DNA of 64,000 nucleotides from Pristiophorus japonicus. Taxonomy: Eukaryota. This document shows, piece after piece, positions 11,190 through 23,278 of this stretch. Each line of letters starts with the position of its first letter. Positions within the stretch are counted from its first letter, which is position 1. The notes under the pieces are model-generated. The model did not search any database. It saw nothing but the letters and a program-made list of their open reading frames with translations, and was not told the origin of the DNA. Both the position numbers and the translations under genes were made by a program. The stretch is taken from assembly GCF_044704955.1 (NCBI RefSeq), contig NC_091980.1:273730001-273794000 (forward strand). The letters are read 5' to 3'.

Positions 11190-14098
11190 GTACTTTGTAT
11201 CAAAGATAAGTAAGATCACTTTGTGCAGGAGGTGTCTCCAGCTTCAACTACTCGAGCTCCGCGTTTCGGAGCTTGAGCGGCGGCTGGAGTCAATATGGTG
11301 CATCGCGAGGCTGAGAGCTCTGTGGATAGCACGATACAGGAGGTGGTCATCCCACAGCTTAAAAGCGTGCAGGCAGATGGGAAGTGGGTAACCACTAGAC
11401 GAAGTAAGAATGTTAGGCGGATAGTGCAGGAATCCCACCGTGAGTCCGTCTCGCTTTCAAACCGATATTCACTTCTGAGCATTGGTGAGGGCTATGGTGC
11501 CTCTGGGGAGTGCAGCCAGAGCCAATTCCAAGGCACCATGGGTGGCTCAGCTGCACAGGGGGAGGGACCAAGAATAAAAGAGCTCTAGTGATAGGGGATT
11601 CTATAGTTAGCGGAACAGAGAGGCGTTTCTGCGGCCGCAAACATGACTCCAGAATGGTATGGTGTCTTCCTGGTGCCAGGGTCAAGGATGTCACAGAGCG
11701 GAAGCAGGGCATTCTGGGTGGAGAGGGTGAACAGCTAGAGGTCATGGTCCATATTGGGACTAACGACATAGGTAGAAAGAGGGTTGAGGTTCTGCAGGCA
11801 GAATTTAAGGAGTTTGGAATTAAAGGGTAGGACCTCAAAGGTAGTAATCTCCGGGTTACTATCGGTGCCACGTGCTAATGAGTACAAAAGTAGAAGGATA
11901 GAGAGGATGAACATGTGGCTAGAGAGTTGGTGTAGGAGGGAGGGCTTTACATTCTTGAGGCATTGGGACCGCTTCTGAGGGAGAAGTGACCTGTATAAAC
12001 CAGACGGGTTGCACCTCAACAGCGGTGGGATCAATATCCTCGCAGGGAATTTTGCTAGTGCTGTTGGGGAGAGTTTAAACTAGCTTGGCAGGGGGATGGG
12101 AACCTGAGAACAAATTCAATAAGGAAGGAAGTAAAACAGAAATTGGATAGCAAGAATTTAGAAAGTGAATCTGTAAGACAGAGGAAACAAGGGTTAGTAA
12201 GTAGTAATCAAGGAGGTCTTCCTGTGTTAAATGGTATATACTTCAATGCAAGGAGTATAGCGAATAAGGCGGATGAGCTAAGAGCACAGGTAGACGCTTA
12301 GGAGTATGACATTATAGCCATTACAGAGACATGGCCGAAAGAGGGGTAGGTTTGGCAGATCAATATTCCTGTTACAGGATATTTAGACAAAACAGAGAGG
12401 GGGGTTAAAAGGGGAGGGAGGGTCGCGGTATTGATTAAAGAAACTATTACAGTGGTGAGAAGGGACGATGTATTAGAGAGATCAAATGAGGCCACATGGG
12501 TTGAACTGAAAAATAAAAAAGGGGCGATCATACTGCAGGGCGTGTATTATAGACCCCCAAACAGTGGGAGGGAGATAGAGGAGCAAATATGTAGGCAAAT
12601 TGCTGTGAAGTCCAAAAACCATAGGGTAGTAATAGTGGTGGATTTTAACTATCCAAATATTGATTGGGACAAATATAACGTGAAGGGTATAGAGGGTGCG
12701 GAATTCTTAAAATGCATTCAAGAGAATTTTTTAGTCAGTATGTAACAAGTCCAACATGAGAGGGAGCGGTTTTGGATTTCGTTTTGGGGAATGAAACTGG
12801 GCAGGTTAGTGGAAGAGCACTTGGGTGCCAATGACCATAATTCAGTCAGATTCAAGTTAATTATGGATAAGGACAAGGATAGATCTGGAATAAAAGTCCC
12901 AAATTGGGGAAAAGCTAACTTTGCTAAATTGAAGAGTGATTTGGCCACAGTGGACTGGAAACATCTACTTTTGGGTAAATCAGTATTGGAACAGTGGAAG
13001 GCATTCAAGGAGGAGATCTGGAAGGCTCAGGCCAAACATGTGCCCTTAAAGAAAAAGGGTAGGAGTAACAATTCTAGAGCCCCTGGATGTCTAGGCACTT
13101 ACAAGGGAGGATAAAGAAAAAAAGGGAAGCTTATGTCGTATACTGACGGCTAAATACTACAGAATATTTGCAGGAATATAGAAAGTTAAGAGGTAAAATT
13201 AAAAAGGATATTAGGATTGCTAAGAGAAAGCATGAAAAATTGTTGGCAAGTAAAATTAAGGAAAACCCAAAGATGTTCTATCAATATATTAAGACCAAGA
13301 GGATAACTAAAGAAAGGATAGGGTCTATTAGAGACCATGAGGGTAATCTTTGTGTGGAGGCAGAAGATGTTGGTCTGGTTCTTAATGAATACTCTGCGTC
13401 TGTTTTCACTAAGGAAAGGGGCAATGCAGATACTGCTATCGAGGAGGAATGTGAAATTCTGGTTGAATAAAACATAGTGAGAGAGAAGGTATTAAGGGGT
13501 TTAGCAGCTATGAAAGTAGATAAGTCCCCAGGTTCAGATGAAATGCTGTTGAGCGAAGTAAAAGAGGAAATAGCAGAGGCCTTGACCATCATTTTCCAGT
13601 CCTCTTTGGATTTGGGCATGGTGCCGGAGGACCGGAGGACTGCTAATGTGGTACCCTTGTTTAAGAAGGGAGAAAGGGATAGGCCGAGTAATCACAGGCC
13701 TGTCAGCCTAACCTCAGCGGTGGCAAAATTATTGGAAACAATCCTGAAAGGCAGGATAAATCTACATTTGGAAAGGCAAAGATTAATTAGGGATAGTCAG
13801 CACGGATTTGTTAAGGGAAGATCGTGTTTGACTAACCTAATGTAATTTTTCGAGGAAGTAATCAGGAGGGTCGATGAGGGTAGTGCGTACAATGTAGTGT
13901 ATATGGACTTTAGCAAGGCTTTTGCTAAGGTCCCACATGGTAGACTGGTCATGAAGGTTAAAGCCCATGGGATCCAGGGCAAAGTGACTGGTTGGATCCA
14001 AAATTGGCTTAGAGATAGGAAGCAAAGGGTAATGGTTGATGGATGTTTTTGTGACTGGAAGGATGCTTCCAGTGGGGTTCCGCAGAGCTCAGTACTGG
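11190..14098 (+). mobile_element. CR1 LINE (ORF1 zinc finger/esterase, EN, RT N-half), degenerate
   Basis: CRRCLQLQLLELRVSELE, VIGDSIV, HIGTND, YYRPPNS, NDHN, QHGFVKGRSCLTNL, GVPQSSVLG; broken at 14098. Confidence 0.9.
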
Positions 14099-14945
14099 GG
14101 GCTAGATTTTCCACTTTGGTGCTTCTCGTCCAAATGGGTGTTAATTCTGGCTTGGGCGCTAAAAAAGGGTTTTCAGATCAGCGGCTTCTCGCCCATTCTC
14201 AAAGCACGTAGTCTCCATTTTTGAAAATGGGCGTTACCGCGAGTGATCTGAAATGGCCGTTAGCATAACATTTTTTTGACCTTCTGCCGTAAAGTGTCGC
14301 CATCCTTAGCAACGGCATGGCAATGCTCGAGTCCCACGATTCAGGAGGTCAAGGGTCACCATGACAAGCGCAGAAGAGGAGACAGAGAGAGAGGGAGCTG
14401 AGAGAGACTGAAGGTGTGTATGGCTATGGTGTGTGCTTGTTTGGCTATTGTGGGAGGCACGAGGGAGATTCACCAGCAGCAAAAAGCCTACTAAGCACCA
14501 CGAACATAGATGGCACCGAGTTTTTGTCCAACAAATAATATATAACATGGAAGGGATGGTGGAGGCCCTGGAGTTGGTAGCCAGGAACACTGGTGGCAGA
14601 GGGCTCCCAGTGGTCCCGGAGCACTACACTGCACCTCAAGGTGCCGCGCCCCCATTGCCAACCAGACATGAGAGCCAGGAGCCAACTTCTTGCTTCTGGC
14701 TCGAAGCACGTACCCATCTTGGGACCGTCCGTCCTCTCCCGTATCCATCCAAGCAGCGTTTTGGCCGTCATGGTCCCCTGCCCCCCATGAAGCATCGCCT
14801 GAGGAGCTCCTCGGCCTGGCGGCTTGGAGTCAGATGGGGAAGGGGAAGGGGTAGAGGTGGGAAGGAGAAATGGAGGGGGGCGGGGGGAAGGGTTGGTTGT
14901 TACAGAAATACTGATGATTTCAAACAAATGTTCAGTTTAAATGTT
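14099..14945 (-). mobile_element. Truncated second copy of the Harbinger right end (reverse complement of ~8752-9521)
   Basis: Begins with TIR gggctagattttccac and is collinear in reverse complement with 8752-9521, plus a short internal insertion. Confidence 0.85.
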
Positions 14946-15579
14946 ATGTTGGCTGTCATTTCAAGAGGATTTGAGTACAGGAGCAAGGATGTCTTACTCC
15001 AGTTATACAGGGCCTTGGTGAGACCATACTGGAGTATTGTGTACAGTTTTGGTCTCCTTACTAAGAAAGGATATACTTGCCATAGAGGGAGTGCAACAAA
15101 GGTTCACCAGACTGATTCCTGGGCTGGCAGGACTGACGGATGAGGAGAGATTGGATCGACTGGGCCTGTATTCAGTAGAGTTTAGAAAAATGAGAGGGGA
15201 TCTCATTGAAACGTATAAAATTCTGACGGGGCTGGATAGACTCGATGCGGGGAGGATGTTTCCCCTGGCTGGGAAGTCTAGAGCAAGGTGTCACAGTCTC
15301 AGGATATGGGGTAGGAAATTTAGCACTGAGATGAGGAGAAATTTCTTCACTCAGAGGGTGATGTACCTGTGGAATTCTCTATCACATAAGGCTGTGGAGG
15401 CCAAATCACTGAATATATTTAAGAAGGAGATAGATAGATTTCTAGATACAAAAGGCATCAATAGGTATGAGGAGAAAGCAGGAATATGGTGTTCAGCTAG
15501 AGGATCAGACATGATCATATTGAATGGCGGTGCAGGCTCGAAGGGCCGAATGGCCTACTACTGCTCCTATTTTCTATGA
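14946..15579 (+). mobile_element. CR1 3' end
   Basis: RGFEYRSKDVLLQLYRALVRP..LWNSL..; tail cctactactgctcctattttctatg. Confidence 0.88.
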
Positions 15580-17014
15580 ATAAAAGAAAAACCTGACGAA
15601 ATTATTTTCTGCGATTTTCCAAAGGCAACGGTTATAAAGTAGGATTGCAGGAATATAGCAAACCCATGAACATTTCTTAACCAAACTGGATGTTTCTCTT
15701 CCAGCCGGGACAGTAATTCCGTCCGCAGTGACCCGACTCCATTTTCCACGGTTACGCATGCAGGGTGAGCTCCCAGCGGGATCTCTGCTCTGCAGAGGAA
15801 GCCCACCCCTGCGAGGAAAGAAAATATTGTGGGTGCTGCACCAGAAATGGAGGGAGCACTACTAAACGGGGTCGGCACCCATCTAACATACTGCAAAGTT
15901 CATGGTTTCATGGCTCTGAATGACCCTTATTGTTTCAAAGGCAATGCTCGGAGAGAAGGAGGAAGCCAAGTCTGTCTCCTCCCTTCCATGGGCTTCTCCT
16001 GTCTCCCACCTCAACTGTCTCTCAGCCACTGCCTTTTAGCCCATCTTGCTGTGGGTTGGCAATATTAAAGGCAGGGAAACTGGCCAATGTTCCAAGCCCC
16101 AGCCCCCTCGCCGTCATTTAAACATGGCAGGCGGCCAGCACCCCTTTGCAAGTTGGGCCGGGGGTTGGGGGGGTGCAGGAGGGCGGTAGATTTAGGGGCA
16201 GTGATACAGTGCCCCACTGCTCTGTGACTGCCTGAAAGCAGGCAGATTTTCAGAGGAAAATTCCAGGTCGCAGGAAGACAGCAAAACATTTGGTGAAGAA
16301 ATCATTCTGCCGCCCCTAAACGGTTCCAAATGTGAAGCTAAAGGAATCCTCCTCACACTGTATGGCAGACGTTTAGTTGCAGGTGCAGAGCTGCCAGGCT
16401 GAAGGGGAAAGGTCTTTGCTGTTAAATGTCTTTCCCTTTGTTTGTTCAGATGGCCCAATTGAGCCAAAGACTTGAACTAACAGGCTTTGCACAAAAAAGA
16501 CACACCGATAGACTGATGAGCTTCTGTTTGAGGTAGTAGGTGATTGATGGTTATTAGTTTTTGAGACCAGCCAGATGGACTGCAGAGTCTTTTCCAGTTT
16601 CTCTTACTACCTATGTGAGTGCTGTCAATTCCATTTATATAAATGACTCAATCTTCACATAGCTGACAGCAGCATAGAAACCATCTTTGCTTTTTGGGTG
16701 TGCAGTCGACTGGTGGAAGAATAACATCCTCTTTCTTCACACTAAGCCCACTGAGGCGCTAAACGTGCAGAAGAAATTACCTCTGTGTTCCTGCGTGCTT
16801 CCAATGGGCCACTGGGGGACTGGCAGCAGATTGAAATGTAAGAAGTGGTGGGAGTGATACCGGGAGCCTCTTTTAGCATATCGCTCTCCCTGGACTCATC
16901 AAGTTGTTAAGTAAAATGTCCCTTATTAGTGTCACTAGCTTGTTTAACTCACCCTGCAGGTAATTGTCAGGAGATAGAACAGTGCATAATACATGACATG
17001 CTATAATAATTACT

Positions 17015-17456
17015 GTCGGCTGTGGCTCAGTTGGTAGCTCCCTCTGAGTCAGAAGGTTGTGGGTTCAAGTCCCACTCCAGGGACTTCAACACTTAAATCT
17101 AAGCTGACGCTCCAGTGCAGTGCTGAGGGAGCCCTGCACTGTTGGAGGTTCCGTCTTTCAGATGAGATGTTAAACTGAGACCCTGTCTGCTCTCTCAGAT
17201 GGACGTAAAAGATCCAATGACAATATTTTGAAGAAGTGCAAGGGAGTTATCCCTGGAGTCCTGGCCAATATTTATCTCTCAATCAACATCACTAAAATCA
17301 GATTATCTGGTCATTATTACATTGCAGGTTGTGGGATCTTGCTGTGTGCAAAATTGGCTGCCGCGTTTCCTACATTACAACAGTGACTGCACTTCGAAAG
17401 TACTTCATTGGCCTGAGTTTGTGAAAGGCGCTATATAAATGCAAGGCTGTCTTTTT
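17015..17456 (+). mobile_element. Full-length tRNA-derived SINE (SacSINE1/Deu-like)
   Basis: A box (tggctcagttgg) and B box (gggttcaagtccc) head, shared conserved body, gcgctatataaatgcaag tail. Confidence 0.8.
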
Positions 17457-18489
17457 ATAGCCTTTGAAACCCTAAAAATAATACAGCATCAGCAATAAGA
17501 AAGACTGGGGTGTAAGTGAAAATCTCTCACTGGAATTTGGGACAAATATTCTGCCTCAGTAGAATCATTTTTGGAAAGATCTTTTGGACAAAGATTTAGA
17601 ATCAAAAATGTTGTTATATAATTGATACAAAAGGAATAGAATAATAATCATGACATAATAAATGATAAGACATATTCAGGCATCTGTCACCCTTGTACTA
17701 TAATAATTCAGAGTTAACATTTTTAACAGGGAAAACAGGACATAATATTCCCAAAAATTATTTGATTAAATTAGTGTCTTTTACATTATAAATAGAGGTG
17801 CATAGTTTCTTGACTAAAGGGGTCAAGCATGGCCTTATTCAAAGCAATTCTATTATATTGAGCAGGCTGTTTCTTCAGCCTTATACTCGAACTCACACAC
17901 TGCTCTTCACTACTTCCTGCCTTCACCTAACTCACTAGTGCTGTCACAAAACTCAGAATATTATATAGTAGAGTTAATGGAATGGGTGGCCCCGGTTACA
18001 AACATAACCACAACCAGCCCTTTTATTTTATGATGCTTGAGAATGCTAAATTGCAGTATTATCTAAACATTTTACATGACTGCCTCTTATCAAAATAATG
18101 TTCTTTCATAGACTGCTCTAATTTCAATTTTACCTGACTGGAGAACCTCCTCTTATCAAACAACTGCCATAAAACTATGAACCCACACCAAATCTACCGG
18201 CCTCATTACTGGGGAATCACTAACAACACCCATTATGCCAGAGCATTATCAGTCCAGAATTGCCTATGGTTAGTTTGCCTCTTCTGTTCACTGTCGAATA
18301 CTGTACATGATACACTTAAGGAATTATTTTGTATCCACTCAAAACACACAGACACACCATCCTGTGACATTTTTCACAAGTATATGTGAAGACATATTGA
18401 TGCAGATAGACAATATTTAGTCTGGCATACTGGAATAGACATACTCAGCACAGGATCAAAGAGACACACGCTAGCAAGATAAACAGAGC

Positions 18490-19134
18490 CACAAAACACA
18501 CACACACAGTAAAACACACACGACACAGAGAAATANNNNNNNNNNNNNNNNNNNNNNNNNNNNNNNNNNNNNNNNNNNNNNNNNNNNNNNNNNNNNNNNN
18601 NNNNNNNNNNNNNNNNNNNNNNNNNNNNNNNNNNNNNNNNNNNNNNNNNNNNNNNNNNNNNNNNNNNNNNNNNNNNNNNNNNNNNNNNNNNNNNNNNNNN
18701 NNNNNNNNNNNNNNNNNNNNNNNNNNNNNNNNNNNNNNNNNNNNCACAGTAAAACACATATACACACACAGTAACACACATGCACACACAGTAACAAGCA
18801 CACACACACACACAGTAACAAACACACACCCACAAATACACACACACACAGTAACACACGCACACTCACACTCACACACAGTAACACACATACACAGTAA
18901 CACACATACACACACAGTAACAAACACACACACAGTAAAATACACACACATAAACACACACACACAGCATGCACATACACATAGAAACACACACATGGTA
19001 AAACACACACACAGTAACACACACATACACACACAGTAAAACACACACACACACAGTAACACACAGTAACACACACACACAGAGAAACATACACACACAC
19101 AGTAACACACACAGAAGCACACACACTCAATAAA

Positions 19135-19165
<31 letters not shown>

Positions 19166-19460
19166 CACACACACACAGTAACACACACAGTAACACAAAC
19201 ACATACACACACTGTAACACACACATAAACACACACACTCAATAAAACACACTCACACACACACAGACACATACACACATACAGTAACACACACAGAAAC
19301 ACACACAATCAATAAAACACACACACACACAGAGACACATATACACACAGTACAACAACACACACACACACACAGTAACACATGCACACACACACAGAAA
19401 CACACACACACAGAAACACACACACAGTAAAACACACACACAGAAAAACTCACACATACA
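18490..19460. repeat. Compound (CA)n microsatellite with recurring CAGTAA interruptions; contains assembly gap N 18536-18744
   Basis: Directly visible; source of the spurious V/C-rich ORFs. Confidence 0.95.
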
Positions 19461-19912
19461 CCCCCTTAGCTCACAGACATAAAGTAAAGCAGATAGAACA
19501 CAAAACCAGGATCAGACATACACAAACAGACAAAGGGACCCACAGCCAAAATGTTACAGATTTTAATCTTCCAGTGCACAATTGATGCTTTGTAAAATGC
19601 TATAATAAACAACATTTTATTCACATTAACATGCTACTACAATTTTATCTAGACTGCTCTAAGAATGGTTTTTAAATAGTAGCAAGGATCACACAGTGAT
19701 TGTCTCAGACTTCTCTCTGTTTGAGTCTAACACTGCATGCAGCTGCCACAGCTTTCCATAATTTCTGAAATACAAAAATAATAATCAGCAGGGATTTATT
19801 TTATATTTATCGGGGTAAGAATAGTTATGGAAAAGGACAAGGAGCATTCAAGCATAAAACTACATAACCCTATTTTATACTTTTCCATATTTTAAGGAGA
19901 AGTATGGGATAC

Positions 19913-20543
19913 TTTACTTTATTAGCCGAGGCATAGAATACAAGAGCAGGGAGGTTATGCTGGAACTGTATAAAACACTAGTTAGGCCACAGCTAGAGTA
20001 CTGCGTACAGTTCTGGTCACCACATGACAGAAAAGATGTGACTGCACTAGAGAGGGTACAGAGGAGATTTACGAGGATGTTGCCAGGACTGGAGCATTTT
20101 AGCTATGAGGAAAGATTGGATAGGCTGGGGTTGTTTTCTTTGGAGCAGAAGAGGCTGAGGGGAGATTTAATTGAGGTGTATAAAATCATAAGGGGCCTAG
20201 ATAGAGTGGATAGGATGGACCTATTTCTCCCAGCAGAGAGGTCAATAATCAGGAGGCATAAATTTAAAGTAATTGGTAGAAGGATTAGAGCGGATTTGAG
20301 GAGAACTTTTTTTTACCCAGAAGGCGGTGGGGGTCTGGAACCCAATGGCTGAAAGGATGGTAGAGGCAGAAACCCTCATAGCAGTTAAAAAGTACTTGGA
20401 TATGCACTTGAAGTGCTCTAACCTGCAGGGCTACAGACCAAGAGCTGGAAAGTGGGATTAGGCTGGGTAGCTCTTTTTCGGCTAGCACAGACACGATGGG
20501 CCGTATGGCCTCCTTCTGTGCCGTAAATTTCTATGATTCTATG
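19913..20543 (+). mobile_element. CR1 3' fragment
   Basis: LYKTLVRPQLEYCVQFWSP..LRGDLIEVYKI; ttctatgattctatga tail. Confidence 0.88.
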
Positions 20544-21205
20544 AACTGGAGGAGGACTAATTTCAATGTTGAAAAGGTATCTGGCCCAGGTAGATTGCAA
20601 TCAAATTCACTTTGTTCTATTTTTAAATGCCATTTATGTGTAATTTTTTCCAGTTCTGATGCGTGCCTACATCTGAATTGTAAACAGCAGTGATGCTCTC
20701 ACCTCTGAGTCAGGAGGTTGTGGGTTCAAGCCCTACTCCAGAATTCTCTGGTTTTATATCAAAGCAATTATTGATCAGATTCTATGCTTTCATATTTCAA
20801 TAGCTTAAGATTTTTTTTAAAAGAAGTACTACAGAACGTTACTTATTTACATGGACCTGATCGCCCTTCCCCTTTCATCACACCCACAATGTTTCCTTAG
20901 AACACTTAAATTGCAAGGTCTGTATTCAGTTTACAATAAATAAGGTGCTATCTGTGAAAGTCATGCACGCTCCATGCTCAGTGCAATGATGCCGAGCCCT
21001 CTCAGATTGTACCCACTCATGCACAGCCAACTCACCACCTACCAGATGGAAATTATTTATTCATAATTATGCTATACATCTGACCTGTTAAAGTTAGAGT
21101 TAATGACACTACAAATCAAACAGTTAGACTCGCATATTAACTGGACGATGACTTGGGAAGGTACACAAATAGTTTATTTAACCAGTACTGTTTGATGTAT
21201 AAATA

Positions 21206-21655
21206 TAGGTTGGACCCCTGTGGTCTGGCACCCTCGGGACCTGACCGGTGCCGAACTAGAGAACTTTCCAAACCAGTGGAGGTCAGTCTATGACTGTACC
21301 GATATACCCTACATAAGCATATGCCTAGCCTAGGCTTACCGGTATCTGTAGAGTGCTGCTCACTGCTCTCCTGGGCTAACTTTAACACTCTTTCATTTGT
21401 ACCTGTCCGCTTGTGTTTTGCTCTTTGGGCACTTTTCTTTATAAAAGTGACTGCTGGTAATAGCAGGGAACTGTCTGTTAATGAGGCCCACTGTCTCCAG
21501 ACATAAAATGGTAAGATCATTGAAACACCTCGGGATGGAGTTTGCCCATCTACAGGCATGGGAGAAAGATGGCTGAAAGCGGCAGTTCCGCAAACTAATG
21601 CTGAACCATGGGTGTTTCCAGACCAGAGAGTCCCAGACCAGAGAGGTTCAACCTG
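21206..21655. mobile_element. Tc1/mariner (Tigger/pogo-like) MITE
   Basis: Imperfect TIRs taggttggacccctgtggtctgg / ccagaccagagaggttcaacctg, flanked by TA on both sides. Confidence 0.75.
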
Positions 21656-21763
21656 TATCTCTTTGCTTGCTTGGGTGTTAAGTGTGCATTGTTTCTGAAT
21701 CCTCTAATTGCCTGTAACCTAGCTTGATTAATACAATTTACCATAATTCATTCTTATTCACAG

Positions 21764-21878
21764 ACATTCATGGTGAGGAAAGATTGCACCCTTACAAATA
21801 TGGTACTTTCGGTGAATTTCCCTGGACTCAATGGAAACCCTCACATCCACGACTACTCAATAAAGGAGGATAATTCGA
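21764..21878 (+). CDS. RIN3: RIN3 internal coding exon (SH2 domain, N-part)
   Basis: ttcttattcacag| acceptor and |gtgagt donor; 115 bp, phase 0 to 1. TFMVRKDCTLTNMVLSVNFPGLNGNPHIHDYSIKEDNS resembles human RIN3 MFLVRRDSSSKQLVLCVHFPSLNESSAEVLEYTIKEEKS (from memory). Confidence 0.88.
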
Positions 21879-22485
21879 GTGAGTTATTTTTTTCTATCTA
21901 CTCAGGTTGCTTGCTGTGATCATTACAGATAACTTGATCTTTCCTTTATCTCGGTAAAAGATCTAGTCAGTAAAGCAACTAACTAACCACAAACACTTCA
22001 GACTTCAGCACAGTGAATGCACTAATTATAGTACTGTACGCATTATCGTCATGAGTTGTATCAACTTTAACTTTTTAATAACAATCTTAATCTAGTCAGA
22101 ACAAAAAAAACTTATCTTAATCTTCCAAATCAAAATGTTAAATAAAATTGGCATATTTGATACATACTAGCGGATGTCCTGTTGCATTGCTCATGGAAAG
22201 TCAAATGTTGCGCTGTTTTATATGACCAAATTACACCATGCGATGCAAGATGTATTATTCTGATACTAAGGTAAAGCTGTGTCCCTTTCACACCACAATG
22301 TCTAATTGCTGTTAAGTAAACACAAGGTTAGGCGAGAGGTGAATTGCTCTTCAGGCTGTGAGTCACAACCTTGGCTCTCTTTCTCTTTCTTTAAAAAAAA
22401 ACGATAGGTACGGACTCTCAGGCTGCAGGCATTCTGGGCTCTTCTGTCAAAAACGGCCTTTGATTCTTTCGACTTACTTTGCAAG

Positions 22486-22935
22486 CATCATCATCATCAT
22501 AGGCAGTCCCTCGAATCGAGGATGACTTGTTTCCACATCAAAAAGTTCACAGGTGTTTCAATGAAGAACCTAAAATTCCAGATCCCAAACTAAATCTTGA
22601 AGGGTGGAAGATGCCTGTGCATGGATTTTTTTAACATGTTGTGACCGTTGCACACCAGCCACCACACAGGCTTGACAGAGCTAGGTCTTGGTCCAGTGGC
22701 AAGGATTAACCAAGACGACTGGAGACCAGCTCTGCTGCACAGACCTAGTGCGCACACATATCGCAGTGTGGGCTCGCCTGTGCTGCCCCTGGGCCCTCTC
22801 CTCTTCTCGGCCCCAAACTCACACCTCTCCTGGGCTCAATCACATCGCTCCACAATCTTTCGTCGCTCCTTCGCCCTGACCTTGCTGCTCCTGCTGTGCC
22901 TGCCCACACTCCAGTTACCAAGCATGACGCCCATA
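22486..22935 (-). mobile_element. RTE-clade LINE/SINE 3' fragment
   Basis: (CAT)n tail followed by aggcagtccctcgaatcgaggatgacttg, shared with 33597 and the 3' end at ~58070-58105. Confidence 0.65.
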
Positions 22936-22955
22936 AATACTTTTTTGTTGAATAA

Positions 22956-23278
22956 TTAAATGAATTAAATAATGCTGATGACATCTGTCTACTTATCCCC
23001 TATAAGAGCACCAAGACCCTCGAGTTACAAACTCCCTCCTTGGTAATGACACCTGAGCTATTCCTGGGGAAAACAAGTGGAGAAATGGTTGGAAAATACA
23101 AAAGAAAACTCTCGAGAAAAGTCAGTGCTACAGGTCGCTACTGGCGCTATACAAAGCCTATAGAGTGCAAGCCTTTTTTAACACACTGCTTTGACATGGC
23201 TGTTCTGTCCATTACAACCAATTTTGTGATGTATCAAGTTTTTTTCAGGGATGCCCCAAAATCATCTGATATCGTAAC
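22956..23278 (+). mobile_element. Probable ancient L1-clade ORF2 C-terminal relic (continues at 27845-27932 and 29319-29435)
   Basis: Across frameshifts: W**HL (~WERDL), KWRNGW, SQCYRSLLALYK (~SxCxRxxLxQFK), FFQGCPKI (~HxFWxCPKL); then LAFILAA, WKS, PHIVP*W after the Gypsy. The motif order matches fish L1 ORF2. Confidence 0.45.

Noticed and set aside
14433-15143. 236-aa ORF
   Set aside because: Chance read-through from non-coding Harbinger subterminal sequence into a CR1 fragment.
16740-16960. RIN3 upstream coding exon ending at ctgcag|gtaatt
   Set aside because: In-frame TAA a few codons before the donor and no resemblance to the RIN3 N-terminus. The preceding coding exon was not found in the window.
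17015-17090. tRNA gene
   Set aside because: The A/B boxes belong to a SINE head that continues into a multi-copy body.
18374-19457. Cys/Val-rich ORFs
   Set aside because: Translations of a (TG)n microsatellite and an N gap.
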